The translations under genes were made by a program, and so were the position numbers. Positions 14,407 through 23,897 of a stretch of DNA of 64,000 nt are shown piece by piece. This DNA comes from Candidatus Nomurabacteria bacterium (lineage in GTDB: Bacteria; Patescibacteriota; Minisyncoccia; Phycocordibacterales; UBA9973): NCBI GenBank assembly GCA_026395915.1, contig JAPLXU010000013.1:16428-80427 (forward strand), read 5' to 3'. The notes under the pieces are model-generated. The model worked only from the letters and a program-made list of their open reading frames with translations. It made no database searches and was not told the DNA's origin. Numbering within the stretch: position 1 is the stretch's first letter; the number at the start of each line of letters is the position of its first letter.

Positions 14407-16488
14407 ATGGCAAAAGAAAAGGAAGAAAAGAAAGGAAATGGGCATCATTATGATGCTTCAGATATCTCGGTTTTAGAGGGTCTGGAGCCCGTACGGCGCC
14501 GTCCTGGCATGTATATTGGCACCACAGGCCCGGAAGGGCTTCATCATTTGGTGTGGGAGATTTTTGACAACTCTCGCGATGAAGCGATGGGAGGATTTTG
14601 CAACGATATCGAAGTGACTCTTTTGCCGGAAAATCGCGTGCGAGTGGTGGACAATGGACGAGGCATACCTGTCGATATTCACAAAAAAACAAAAGTTTCA
14701 GCTTTGGAAACTGTCATGACGACTCTCCATGCCGGAGGAAAATTCGGCGGAGAAAACAGTGGATACAAAGTTTCCGGCGGTTTGCACGGAGTAGGCGCGT
14801 CTGTTGTGAACGCTCTTTCTATTTATTGCAGAGTGGAGGTTCATAAAGACGGTGGTATTTACATGCAAGAATATTCTCAAGGCAAGAAAAAATCTGCAGT
14901 AAAAAAAATCGGCAATTCGAAACTCCATGGCACGGTAGTGACTTTCGAACCAGACCAAGAAATTTTCAAGGAAATAAAATTCGACTGGAACACGATAGTG
15001 AATCATATCCGCCAGCAAGCGTACTTGGTCAAAGGATTAAAGATTTTGATAATCGACGCGCGAGGATGGGACAACAAAAAAGGTTTGAACGAATCGGATG
15101 TTTTTTATTTCAGAGATCTTGGTTTGGAGCTTCCATCGGTTTCTTTTTATTTCGAAGGCGGACTGATTTCTCTTATAAAATATTACAACAAATTTCAGAA
15201 AGCTATCCAGAGCCATATTTTTTACGTTGAAAAAGAGCTTGATGGCGTGGGAGTGGAAGTGGCTTTGCAATATGTCGATGACATAACCGACCGCATTGTT
15301 CCTTTTGCCAATAATATCAATACTCCAGAAGGTGGAACGCATGTGACCGGTTTCAAAACGGCGCTCACGAGGACTTTGAATACCTACTGCAAAAAAAATG
15401 AAATGATGAAAGAATCCGAAGGTGGATTCACTGGCGAAGACGTCTTGGAAGGTTTGACTGCGGTTATTTCCGTCAAACTTCGTGAGATACAGTTTGAAGG
15501 TCAGACAAAAGCGAAACTTGGCAGTCAAGAAGCGCAAGGGGCTGTGGCAACTGTGTTCGGCGAGGCGTTCAATAATTTCTTGGAAGAAAATCCTGATGAA
15601 GCTAGAGCTATAATCAACAAATCAATTCTTGCCTTGAAAGCTCGCAAGGCCGCAAAGGCTGCCAAAGATTCGATACTGCGAAAAGGCGCTCTCGAAGGCA
15701 TGACGCTTCCCGGCAAGCTCGCAGATTGCCAGAGCAAAGACGCTTCCGAATCCGAATTATTTTTGGTGGAGGGAGACTCGGCAGGAGGTTCCGCCAAACA
15801 GGGCAGGGATCGTCGAACGCAAGCCATACTCCCGCTTCGCGGAAAAATTTTGAACGTTGAGCGCGCTCGGATAGACAAGATGCTTGCGTCCAAAGAAGTG
15901 AAGTCACTCGTCATCGCTATGGGCACTTCGATTGGGGATACTTTTGATCTTTCAAAAATGCGTTATCATAAGATAATTATCGCAACCGATGCTGATGTCG
16001 ATGGATCACACATCCGCACATTGCTTTTGACTTTATTTTTCAGATATTTCAGAGCAGTTGTTGACGCTGGATACATTTACATCGCTCAGCCACCACTTTA
16101 CAAAATAAAAAAAGGTAAGGAAATTTTATATGCTTACACCGATGAAGAAAGGACAAAAATAGTCGGCAAGGGCTTAAATGTCAGTGATATAGAAGAAGTT
16201 GAAACGGATCTTCCAGCCGAGGAAGAGGCGGAGCCGGAAGAAGGTACCGAAGAAGCAAAAAAGAAATCAAACAAAGTTCATATCCAGCGCTTTAAAGGTC
16301 TCGGAGAAATGAATCCGGAAGAACTCTGGGAGACGACGATGGATCCTGCGCACCGCATCCTCAAAAAGGTAAATATCGATGACGCCGAAGAAGCAAATAA
16401 AATCTTTGATATTCTAATGGGTTCCGAAGTCCCGCCGAGAAAGTCTTTCATTCAATCAAATGCCAAATTGGCGGAGATAGATATCTAG
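14407..16488 (+). CDS. gyrB: DNA gyrase subunit B
   Basis: GHKL ATPase (EIFDNSRDEAMGG; GGLHGVGASVVNALS). TOPRIM (LFLVEGDSAGGSAKQGRDR). C-terminal tail. Acidic insert EEEAEPEEGTEE. Confidence 0.9.
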   Translation: MAKEKEEKKGNGHHYDASDISVLEGLEPVRRRPGMYIGTTGPEGLHHLVWEIFDNSRDEAMGGFCNDIEVTLLPENRVRVVDNGRGIPVDIHKKTKVSALETVMTTLHAGGKFGGENSGYKVSGGLHGVGASVVNALSIYCRVEVHKDGGIYMQEYSQGKKKSAVKKIGNSKLHGTVVTFEPDQEIFKEIKFDWNTIVNHIRQQAYLVKGLKILIIDARGWDNKKGLNESDVFYFRDLGLELPSVSFYFEGGLISLIKYYNKFQKAIQSHIFYVEKELDGVGVEVALQYVDDITDRIVPFANNINTPEGGTHVTGFKTALTRTLNTYCKKNEMMKESEGGFTGEDVLEGLTAVISVKLREIQFEGQTKAKLGSQEAQGAVATVFGEAFNNFLEENPDEARAIINKSILALKARKAAKAAKDSILRKGALEGMTLPGKLADCQSKDASESELFLVEGDSAGGSAKQGRDRRTQAILPLRGKILNVERARIDKMLASKEVKSLVIAMGTSIGDTFDLSKMRYHKIIIATDADVDGSHIRTLLLTLFFRYFRAVVDAGYIYIAQPPLYKIKKGKEILYAYTDEERTKIVGKGLNVSDIEEVETDLPAEEEAEPEEGTEEAKKKSNKVHIQRFKGLGEMNPEELWETTMDPAHRILKKVNIDDAEEANKIFDILMGSEVPPRKSFIQSNAKLAEIDI

Positions 16489-16490
16489 TT

Positions 16491-17072
16491 ATGAAAAAGA
16501 AGGCTTTAATTTTTGATTGTTTTGGGGTCGTTGCTTCAAGGGTGTTGGGTGGCTGGATCCCAGATAATCTGGGAACTAAATTTGAGTTTGATTCAAGCGA
16601 CATATTTAATAAAATTGACCTTGGTCAAATGTCGGAAAATGAAGCTATTTTAGAATTTTCGAATTTAGTTAATCGCCCACCTCAAGTTGTAAGAAAAGAA
16701 ATTGATGCCTATTTTAGGCCTAATTTGGAATTAGTAGATTGTATCAAAAAATTAAAATCCAAAAAGTATAAGATAATTTTGTTAACAAACTCTAGCCACT
16801 CATTTTTTGAAAGGTTTGTTTTTATTGAACATCCATGGTTTCGTGAATTATTTGATGACATAATTATTTCTTCACAAATAAAAATGATTAAGCCATATAA
16901 AGATATTTATTTATATGCTCTAAAACAAAATAATTTAAAACCCGAAGATGCTGTTTTTATTGATGATAGTCAATCTAATGTTATCGGTGCACAGAATGTT
17001 GGCATCGGATCAATTTTATTTAAAGATGTAGCTCAACTAAAAAAAGATCTATTAAAATATCAGATTGGTTAA
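16491..17072 (+). CDS. HAD-superfamily hydrolase (subfamily IA-like)
   Basis: Motif I FDCFGVV, motif II LLTNS, motif IV FIDDSQSNVIGAQNVG. Confidence 0.65.
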   Translation: MKKKALIFDCFGVVASRVLGGWIPDNLGTKFEFDSSDIFNKIDLGQMSENEAILEFSNLVNRPPQVVRKEIDAYFRPNLELVDCIKKLKSKKYKIILLTNSSHSFFERFVFIEHPWFRELFDDIIISSQIKMIKPYKDIYLYALKQNNLKPEDAVFIDDSQSNVIGAQNVGIGSILFKDVAQLKKDLLKYQIG

Positions 17073-17152
17073 TTTTTTTAAGCAATTTTTAATATACCAT
17101 ATATAGTAGGTTAAAGAACAGGAATTTTAAAAAGGCAAAATCGATTTTTAAA

Positions 17153-17551
17153 TTATTTATATAAGAATTTCCATTTGCCTCGACCCGCGATTGGAGGTAA
17201 TCCAGCTCTCAAGATTTTCTCCAAAATTTTCCAAATTTCAGTGTCATCTTTTTTAATTGCCTTCAAGAGAGAAGAATATCTACCAATATCATATTTAGCC
17301 GACATTCTAAAGATAGTAGTCGGACTCATGCAAAGAGATTCAGAGATATATGAAGTTGGAACATCCTTTGACAAAAGGTATATAACCGCAAATCTTTTTG
17401 CTAGCATTATTTTTTCCGTGTAGGTTAAAAAATCGTTTAAGAAAAGTTTTGTCCACGATTTTCTCGCTGATTTTTCAAGGGCAGTACCAAGTTCATTGTA
17501 AAGTTTTTGCAAGTGTTCCTTTTTAAGTTTTTTTGATGATACATGAGGCAT
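17153..17551 (-). CDS. TrpR/YerC/YecD-family HTH protein
   Basis: About 130 aa. Helix-turn-helix segment YISESLCMSPTTIFRMSAKY. Confidence 0.45.
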   Translation of the reverse strand: MPHVSSKKLKKEHLQKLYNELGTALEKSARKSWTKLFLNDFLTYTEKIMLAKRFAVIYLLSKDVPTSYISESLCMSPTTIFRMSAKYDIGRYSSLLKAIKKDDTEIWKILEKILRAGLPPIAGRGKWKFLYK

Positions 17552-17621
17552 ATATTTTATTTATTAGTATATCATATATGATAGATTAAGAAATGTAAAT
17601 TAAAAAGATTAAAATTGATAT

Positions 17622-18242
17622 CTAAAAAAGTTTAGTTTGTTCGACTTTTTTGTTTTCTTTTTCCTCCTTTTTTATTTTTTCCAAAATCTTTGGGATTTTT
17701 TTGAAGTCTTCCGTCAAAGTTTCTCTCATGTTTCCGTTGTAAAGAGCGGCTGCTGGGTGGTAGAGGGGGAGAAAATATTTTACATTCACGTGGCTGAATT
17801 TTTTCACTAAGAGTTTCCCATGCACCGAAGAAATTTTCTCTGTCGGGAAAAAGTCGTTCATTGAATGCCTGCCTAAAAACACTACAAGCTTCGGATTTAT
17901 AAAGTTGATTTCCTCTATTAACCAATCCCTGCAAGCGTCTTTTTCTTCCGGAAGTGGGTCGCGATTATTCGGCGGTCTGTATTTCACAATGTTTGTTATA
18001 TAAATTTCTTCGCGTTTCAATTTTATCGCTTCGAGCATTTCTGCCAAGAATTTTCCCGCGGCGCCGACAAAAGGTCGGCCTTGTTTGTCTTCATCTCTTC
18101 CAGGCGCTTCGCCAATGAAAATCATTTCTGAATCAGGATTGCCATCTCCGGGGACGGGTTGAGTCGCCGTCTTTTTTAGTTCGCATTTACAATCAGCAAA
18201 CCATTTTTCATGTATTTTTTTTAGCCCTTCGCTTTTATCCAT
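17622..18242 (-). CDS. Uracil-DNA glycosylase, family 4 (Fe-S type)
   Basis: GEAPGRDEDKQGRPFVGAAGKFL motif. Cys residues in WFADCKCEL and C..W for the 4Fe-4S cluster. HPAA near the C-terminus. Confidence 0.8.
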   Translation of the reverse strand: MDKSEGLKKIHEKWFADCKCELKKTATQPVPGDGNPDSEMIFIGEAPGRDEDKQGRPFVGAAGKFLAEMLEAIKLKREEIYITNIVKYRPPNNRDPLPEEKDACRDWLIEEINFINPKLVVFLGRHSMNDFFPTEKISSVHGKLLVKKFSHVNVKYFLPLYHPAAALYNGNMRETLTEDFKKIPKILEKIKKEEKENKKVEQTKLF

Positions 18243-18261
18243 TGAGAAAGTCCAATTAAAA

Positions 18262-20034
18262 TTATTTTTTGTTCTTGATTTCCTCCAAAAGTTTTTTCAC
18301 GAGTTCTTCTTTTGATATTTGACCAAGGTTTCCAGAATCGCGGGATTCTAATGTAACCTTTTTTGCTTCCATTTCTTTATCTCCAACGACAATCCAATAA
18401 GGAATTTTATTATTTTTTGCGTCGCGGACTTTTGTGCCAAGATTTTCATCATCATTATCGAATTCTGCGCGGATGTTATTTTCTTTCAACAACTCATAAA
18501 TTTGTTTAGCATATTCGTTGTGATTTTCTCGAACAGGGATGACTTTTACTTGCACCGGCGAGAGCCAGAGAGGGAAGGCGCCAGCAAAATGTTCGATGAT
18601 TATAGACATGAATCTTTCAATAGATCCCATGATAGCCGCATGAATCATTACGATTCTTTCTTTTTCTCCTTTTTCGTTCGTACAGGAAAGATCAAATCTC
18701 TCTGGCATATTCACATCCAATTGGATTGTTGCCACTTGCCATTCTCTTCCGAGCGAATCTTTTGCCATAAAATCAAGTTTCGGCGCGTAAAAAGCCGCTT
18801 CGCCGGGGGCTTCATAATGTTCTGTATTATTTTCTTTTGCCACTTCTCTCAAAACTTGTTCGGCTTTATCCCAATGATCTTTATCACCGAGATATTTTTC
18901 CGGATGCGCGGGATCTCTCAAAGACAGTCTCAAGACCAAAGGAAAATTAAAAGCCTTGTAAAACGCGTGAACTATTTCCCACACATTTTGTATTTCATTT
19001 TTTGCTTGGGAGATACGGCAGAAATCGTGAGCATCGTCTTGGGTAATACACAACACTCTAGACAAGCCAGAAAGTTCTCCTGATTGTTCGTCTCGGTAAA
19101 CCATTGTTGTGTTGGCATAACGCTGGGGCAACTCTTTGTAACTCCATGTTTTACGATTGTATATTTGAGTGTGGTGAGGACAACTCATAGGTTTCATGGC
19201 AAATTCGTGTTTTTCGCGGGTTGTTATTTTAAACAAGTCATCTTTGTATTTATCCCAGTGTCCGCTTGTCATGTAGAGTTCCTTTTTGGTGATATGTGGG
19301 ATTTCTACTTTTACGTAACCATATTTTTGACGAAGTTCCCAGACAAAATCATCCAGCAAGTTTCTCATTAAAGTCCCTTTTGGTGTCCAAAGGGGAAGTC
19401 CGCTTCCGACAAGTTCAGAAAATACGAAAAGATCTAGCTCTTTTCCTAATTTTTTATGATCTCTTTTTTTTGCTTCTTCTCTCTGTTTTGTGTAGGCTTC
19501 CAATTCTTCCTTTGTCTCAAACGCCAACCCATAAATACGAGTGAGCATTTTGTTTTTCTCGTCTCCTCGCCAATACGCTCCCGCTACGCGGTCGAGTTTG
19601 AATGAGTCCGGATCTATTTCCTTGCTCGGATTTTCCAAATGTCCGCCTCGGCATAAATCAGTGAATCCTCCGCAAGTGTAAGTGGTGATTTTTTCGCCAC
19701 GGTCGGCAATCTCGTTTATCAATTCTGTTTTGTATTCATTTTTGAAGAATTTTAAAGCTTCGTCCTTGCTTATTTCCTCATGTTTCCATTCAGTCCACTT
19801 TGGTAACTTTTTCCGCATTTTGTCTTCGATTTTTTTCAAGTCAGAATCAGTTACTTTTTCTCCGCAAAAATCGATATCATAGTAAAAACCGTTTTCTACA
19901 GCTGGTCCGAGGGTGAGCTTTATTTTGTCGAATTTATATATTTCTCCGACCGCGGACGCTAGTAAGTGCGCCAACGTATGCCTCAAATTGTTTAGTTTTT
20001 CTGTCTTTTCCATAATCCATCCATAATAACACAC
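18262..20034 (-). CDS. thrS: Threonine--tRNA ligase
   Basis: RDHRKLGKELDLF. Class II core and C-terminal anticodon-binding domain. Start may be the internal Met (MEKTEK, about 20013). Confidence 0.9.
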   Translation of the reverse strand: MCYYGWIMEKTEKLNNLRHTLAHLLASAVGEIYKFDKIKLTLGPAVENGFYYDIDFCGEKVTDSDLKKIEDKMRKKLPKWTEWKHEEISKDEALKFFKNEYKTELINEIADRGEKITTYTCGGFTDLCRGGHLENPSKEIDPDSFKLDRVAGAYWRGDEKNKMLTRIYGLAFETKEELEAYTKQREEAKKRDHKKLGKELDLFVFSELVGSGLPLWTPKGTLMRNLLDDFVWELRQKYGYVKVEIPHITKKELYMTSGHWDKYKDDLFKITTREKHEFAMKPMSCPHHTQIYNRKTWSYKELPQRYANTTMVYRDEQSGELSGLSRVLCITQDDAHDFCRISQAKNEIQNVWEIVHAFYKAFNFPLVLRLSLRDPAHPEKYLGDKDHWDKAEQVLREVAKENNTEHYEAPGEAAFYAPKLDFMAKDSLGREWQVATIQLDVNMPERFDLSCTNEKGEKERIVMIHAAIMGSIERFMSIIIEHFAGAFPLWLSPVQVKVIPVRENHNEYAKQIYELLKENNIRAEFDNDDENLGTKVRDAKNNKIPYWIVVGDKEMEAKKVTLESRDSGNLGQISKEELVKKLLEEIKNKK

Positions 20035-20088
20035 TTTTTTATATATTAAAATTGCTTTTTACCCACAATATGCTAGGATGTATTCATT

Positions 20089-20319
20089 ATGGTAGTACGA
20101 ATGAGAAGCACAAAATCGCATACAGGCAACAGACGTTCGCATCATGCTTTGGAGAGCACCAGTTTTTCCAAGTGTGAGAATTGCAAAGCTTTGAAGAGAC
20201 GCCACACGGTTTGTTCTTCTTGCGGTTTTTATAGGGGTAAAAAAGTTTTAGATTTAGTCAAAAAGATAGAAAAGAAGCAGAAAAAAGAGAAAGCAAAAAA
20301 AGTGGAAGCAGGTAAGTAG
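20089..20319 (+). CDS. rpmF: 50S ribosomal protein L32
   Basis: KSHTGNRRSHHAL ... C.NC....RHTVCSSCGFYRGKKV zinc ribbon with a Lys-rich tail. Confidence 0.75.
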   Translation: MVVRMRSTKSHTGNRRSHHALESTSFSKCENCKALKRRHTVCSSCGFYRGKKVLDLVKKIEKKQKKEKAKKVEAGK

Positions 20320-20398
20320 CGATTAGACCTTAGGCACTAGGCGCTAGCAAGTTTTTAAAATGCTAAAGCCTAACGCCTAGAGCCTAGCGCCTAAAATC

Positions 20399-21346
20399 AT
20401 GGCAAATAGGCACCTTTCAAGATCAATAGTACTCCAAACACTTTTCGAGTGGGACTTCTTGCCTGCAGGAAAGAAGATCGATGACGCCGAAAGCGAAAAA
20501 ATCAAAAAAGCGTTAGAAAGAAATCTAAAAGAATTTGCTCCCGGACTTGAGGATGATGATTTTGTGTTTTCTCTCATGGATGAAATTCTGAAGAAGCAAG
20601 AAGAGATCGATAAGATCATAGTGGCGTCGGCGCCGGACTGGCCGATCGAAAAGATTTCTGTCATCGATAGGAATATTTTGAGAATTGGTCTGACTGAACT
20701 TTTATTCGGCGATAGGTCGCAAGTGCCTCCAAAGGTTGCTATCAACGAAGCTATAGAATTGGCAAAAACTTTCGGTGGGGAAAATTCCGGCAAGTTTGTG
20801 AACGGCGTGCTTGGGGCAGTTTACAAAGAAATGGGCGAGCCTGAAAAAGAGCACCAAAAGTCTTCCAAAAAAAAGAACATCGCTGGTCAAAAAGAAAAAA
20901 ATGAAGTGGTTGATATTAGTAAGTTGCCTGTAGAAAAAAAAGGAGGAGCGTTAGTGTACGCAAAAAAAGATGGGAGTATTTTCTTTGCTTTAGTGCATGA
21001 TGTTTTCGGATATTGGACTATTTCAAAAGGCAGTATTGAAAAAGGAGAAAGCGAAGAAGTGGCGACAGTTAGAGAAATTAAAGAAGAAATTGGGCTTGAT
21101 ATTACGATAGAAGAAAGACTCGGGGAGAACGAATATGTCGCGACGCATCCTGCCAAAGGCAAAAGTCTGAAAAAAGTCGTGTATTTTCTCGCTTACAGCG
21201 AATACAAAGAGCTCCAGCTTGAAAAATCTGGCGGGCTTGATGGCGCTAGATGGTTCGAGATGTCAGAGATTCCAGAACTCCGCATTTACAACGATATTAT
21301 TCCACTTATCACAAAAGCGGTTGAAATTATTAGTAAAAAACGCTAG
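20399..21346 (+). CDS. nusB: NusB antitermination factor fused to a C-terminal NUDIX hydrolase domain
   Basis: N-terminal 140 aa match NusB ([25 protein letters not shown]...[26 protein letters not shown]). C-terminus has a complete Nudix box: [23 protein letters not shown] (Gx5Ex7REUxEExGU). Confidence 0.75.
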   Translation: MANRHLSRSIVLQTLFEWDFLPAGKKIDDAESEKIKKALERNLKEFAPGLEDDDFVFSLMDEILKKQEEIDKIIVASAPDWPIEKISVIDRNILRIGLTELLFGDRSQVPPKVAINEAIELAKTFGGENSGKFVNGVLGAVYKEMGEPEKEHQKSSKKKNIAGQKEKNEVVDISKLPVEKKGGALVYAKKDGSIFFALVHDVFGYWTISKGSIEKGESEEVATVREIKEEIGLDITIEERLGENEYVATHPAKGKSLKKVVYFLAYSEYKELQLEKSGGLDGARWFEMSEIPELRIYNDIIPLITKAVEIISKKR

Positions 21347-21404
21347 ACCTCACCCCGCCTTTGGCACCCCTCTCCTTGGCAAGGAGAGGGGCCAGGGGTG
21401 AGGT
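21347..21404. repeat. GC-rich nested palindrome (terminator/REP-like)
   Basis: Outer arms cctcacccc/ggggtgagg. Inner arms cccctctcc-ttggcaa-ggagagggg. GC-rich island in AT-rich DNA. Confidence 0.5.
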
Positions 21405-21439
21405 GAATTGAGAAATTATTAATATCCTTAATATTATCT

Positions 21440-22135
21440 ATGATCCAATTTTCAAATTTTGAGAAAAAAACAAAAATAATTTTTAAAAATAAAAATCTGC
21501 TAGAGCAGGCTTTTATTCACCGCTCATATATAAACGAAAATCCGGGAACCAAATTGTCGCACAATGAGAGGCTTGAGTTTTTGGGCGACGCCGTGCTAGA
21601 ACTCGTCGTGACAGATTTTCTTTTCAAAAAATATCCGAATTATGCGGAAGGAGAACTGACCGCCTTGCGTTCGGCTCTGGTTAACGCGGTTATTATTTCT
21701 GAAATTGCGACCGGTCTCGGTATGAATGATTTTTTGCTCTTATCAAAAGGTGAGACAAAAGATAACGGCAAAGCAAGACAGTATATTTTGGCAAACACGT
21801 ACGAAGCGTATATCGGCGCCTTGTATCTCGACCAAGGCATCGAGGCAGTGGATAAATTCGTGCACAAATCGCTCTTGCCGAAGACCGAGGAAATAGTTTC
21901 AAAAAAACTTTGGCGTGACGCGAAGTCTCTAGTTCAGGAAAAGGCGCAAGAATTCGTGAACGTCACGCCCGCTTACAAAGTTTTGCACGAGTCTGGCCCC
22001 GACCATGACAAGCATTTTACAGTTGGCATTTATTTCGGAGGCAATTTGATTGCGGAAGGCAAGGGTAAATCAAAGCAAGAAGCGGAGCAAAAAGCCGCCG
22101 AAGCGGCGCTCAAAACAAAAAATTGGCTAGATTAA
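21440..22135 (+). CDS. rnc: Ribonuclease III
   Basis: Signature ERLEFLGDAVLELVVTDFLF and a C-terminal dsRBD (…GKGKSKQEAEQKAAEAAL). Confidence 0.9.
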   Translation: MIQFSNFEKKTKIIFKNKNLLEQAFIHRSYINENPGTKLSHNERLEFLGDAVLELVVTDFLFKKYPNYAEGELTALRSALVNAVIISEIATGLGMNDFLLLSKGETKDNGKARQYILANTYEAYIGALYLDQGIEAVDKFVHKSLLPKTEEIVSKKLWRDAKSLVQEKAQEFVNVTPAYKVLHESGPDHDKHFTVGIYFGGNLIAEGKGKSKQEAEQKAAEAALKTKNWLD

Positions 22136-22156
22136 AAACGGTGCTAAATTTTTAAT

Positions 22157-23848
22157 ATGCAAGCGCAAAATAAAAAATGTCAGAATTGCAAAAAGGACTT
22201 CACGATAGAGTCGGAAGATTTTAATTTCTATGAAAAAATCAAAGTGCCTGCGCCCTCTTGGTGCCCTGAGTGTCGAATGATGCGAAGATTGAATTGGCAG
22301 GGATATCGGATTTTGTACAAAAGGAAATGTGATTTCACGGGAGAGATGATGTTCAGCACGTATCATCAAGATTCTCCATATAAAGTCTATCGCCAAGATA
22401 TTTGGTGGTCAGACAAATGGGATCCGAAAAGTTACGGAAAAGATATCGATTGGAATAGACCGTTTCTTGAACAATTCAAAGAGTTGATGTTAGAAGTTCC
22501 ACACGCTTCTTTAGCCACTGGACATTCGACGATGATTCGTAGCGATTATTGTAATGCGGCCTCAGAGTGTAAAGATTGTTATTTATGTTTTCGCATCACT
22601 GGCGGAGAGGACAGCGCGTATTTGAATACCATTGTCGATGGCAAGCAGTCTTTTGATTGTTCTTTTTTGAATCATTCCGAACTTTGTTATGGATCTACAA
22701 ATATAAATAAATGCTATCAGACTTTCTTTTCACAAGATTGCGCGGAGTGCCATTCTATCTGGTTCTCGCGCGATTTAGTCGGATGTTCTGATTGCATAGG
22801 CTGTATCAATTTGCGTATGAAGCAATATTGCATTTTCAACAAGCAATACAGCAGGGAAGAGTACAAGAAAAAATTTATGGAATTCGATTTCGGAACACTG
22901 GCAAAAATACAAAATTTCCAAAAAGAGACGGAAGAATTCACGAAAAAAGAACCGAGAAGACAATTTCATGGAGTAAAAAACACCAATGTCTCCGGAGAAT
23001 ATATTTCCAATTCAAAAAATGTGCACGATTCGTACCTGTTTGCAAACGGGCTCGATTTGCGATACTGCCAATTTTTAAAAAACGGACCGGCATCCTCATC
23101 CTATGACTGGTCGTTTTTTGGCGACAACGCAGAATTGATGTATGAATGTTGTTGGTGCGGACTGGATTCTCATAATGTGAAATTCAGTTCATGGAATTAT
23201 TACAATCATGATGTCGAGTATTGTTTCGGTTGCCATCATTCCAGCAACCTGTTTGGCTGTGTGAGTTTGATAAAAGGGGAATATTGCATCTTAAACAAAC
23301 AGTATTCGAAAGAAGAATATGAAAAATTAGTTCTTAAAATAAAAAAGCAAATGGCAGAAATTCCATACGAAGATAGACTTGGCAGAGAATATCGTTATGG
23401 CGAAATGTTGCCTGCGGAACTTTCACCGTGGTCTTATAACGAAGCGACAGTCTTCGAATGGTTTCCTCTTAAAAAGGAAGAGGCGGTTGCGAAAGGTTTT
23501 AACTGGCGCGATCCGGATTTGCGCGAATACAAAGATGCGACTGTGGAAATCCCGAGTCATATAAAAGACGTGGAGGACGATGTTTTGCAAGCAATCTTGA
23601 AATGTGTCTCTTGTGGAAAAAATTATCAAATTATTCCAAAAGAATTGCAATTTTTGCGCCGTTTCAATCTTCCGATTTCAGACAATTGTCCACTTTGTCG
23701 AGATCGAGCTCGTATTAAACAACTGAACCCGATGCAGATTTATAATCGTGAATGCGCAAAATGTGGCAAAGAAATTAAGACTTCCTATGCACCTGACCGT
23801 CCGGAAGTAGTATACTGTGAAAAGTGTTACCAACAAGAAGTGTATTAG
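22157..23848 (+). CDS. Cys-rich multi-zinc-ribbon/CxxC-repeat protein, paralog A (unknown function)
   Basis: 563 aa. N-terminal double Zn ribbon KCQNCKK..FYEKIKVPAPSWCPECR..RKCDFTGE. Two internal halves each ending GC.NLR.K.YCIFNKQY.REEY. C-terminal ribbon ..LCPLCR...ECAKCGKEIKTSYAPDRPEVVYCEKCYQQEVY. Confidence 0.7.
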   Translation: MQAQNKKCQNCKKDFTIESEDFNFYEKIKVPAPSWCPECRMMRRLNWQGYRILYKRKCDFTGEMMFSTYHQDSPYKVYRQDIWWSDKWDPKSYGKDIDWNRPFLEQFKELMLEVPHASLATGHSTMIRSDYCNAASECKDCYLCFRITGGEDSAYLNTIVDGKQSFDCSFLNHSELCYGSTNINKCYQTFFSQDCAECHSIWFSRDLVGCSDCIGCINLRMKQYCIFNKQYSREEYKKKFMEFDFGTLAKIQNFQKETEEFTKKEPRRQFHGVKNTNVSGEYISNSKNVHDSYLFANGLDLRYCQFLKNGPASSSYDWSFFGDNAELMYECCWCGLDSHNVKFSSWNYYNHDVEYCFGCHHSSNLFGCVSLIKGEYCILNKQYSKEEYEKLVLKIKKQMAEIPYEDRLGREYRYGEMLPAELSPWSYNEATVFEWFPLKKEEAVAKGFNWRDPDLREYKDATVEIPSHIKDVEDDVLQAILKCVSCGKNYQIIPKELQFLRRFNLPISDNCPLCRDRARIKQLNPMQIYNRECAKCGKEIKTSYAPDRPEVVYCEKCYQQEVY

Positions 23849-23897
23849 GGAAATACATATTTAAGCCATGGCGTAAATATGTATTTGAAGTAAAAAC

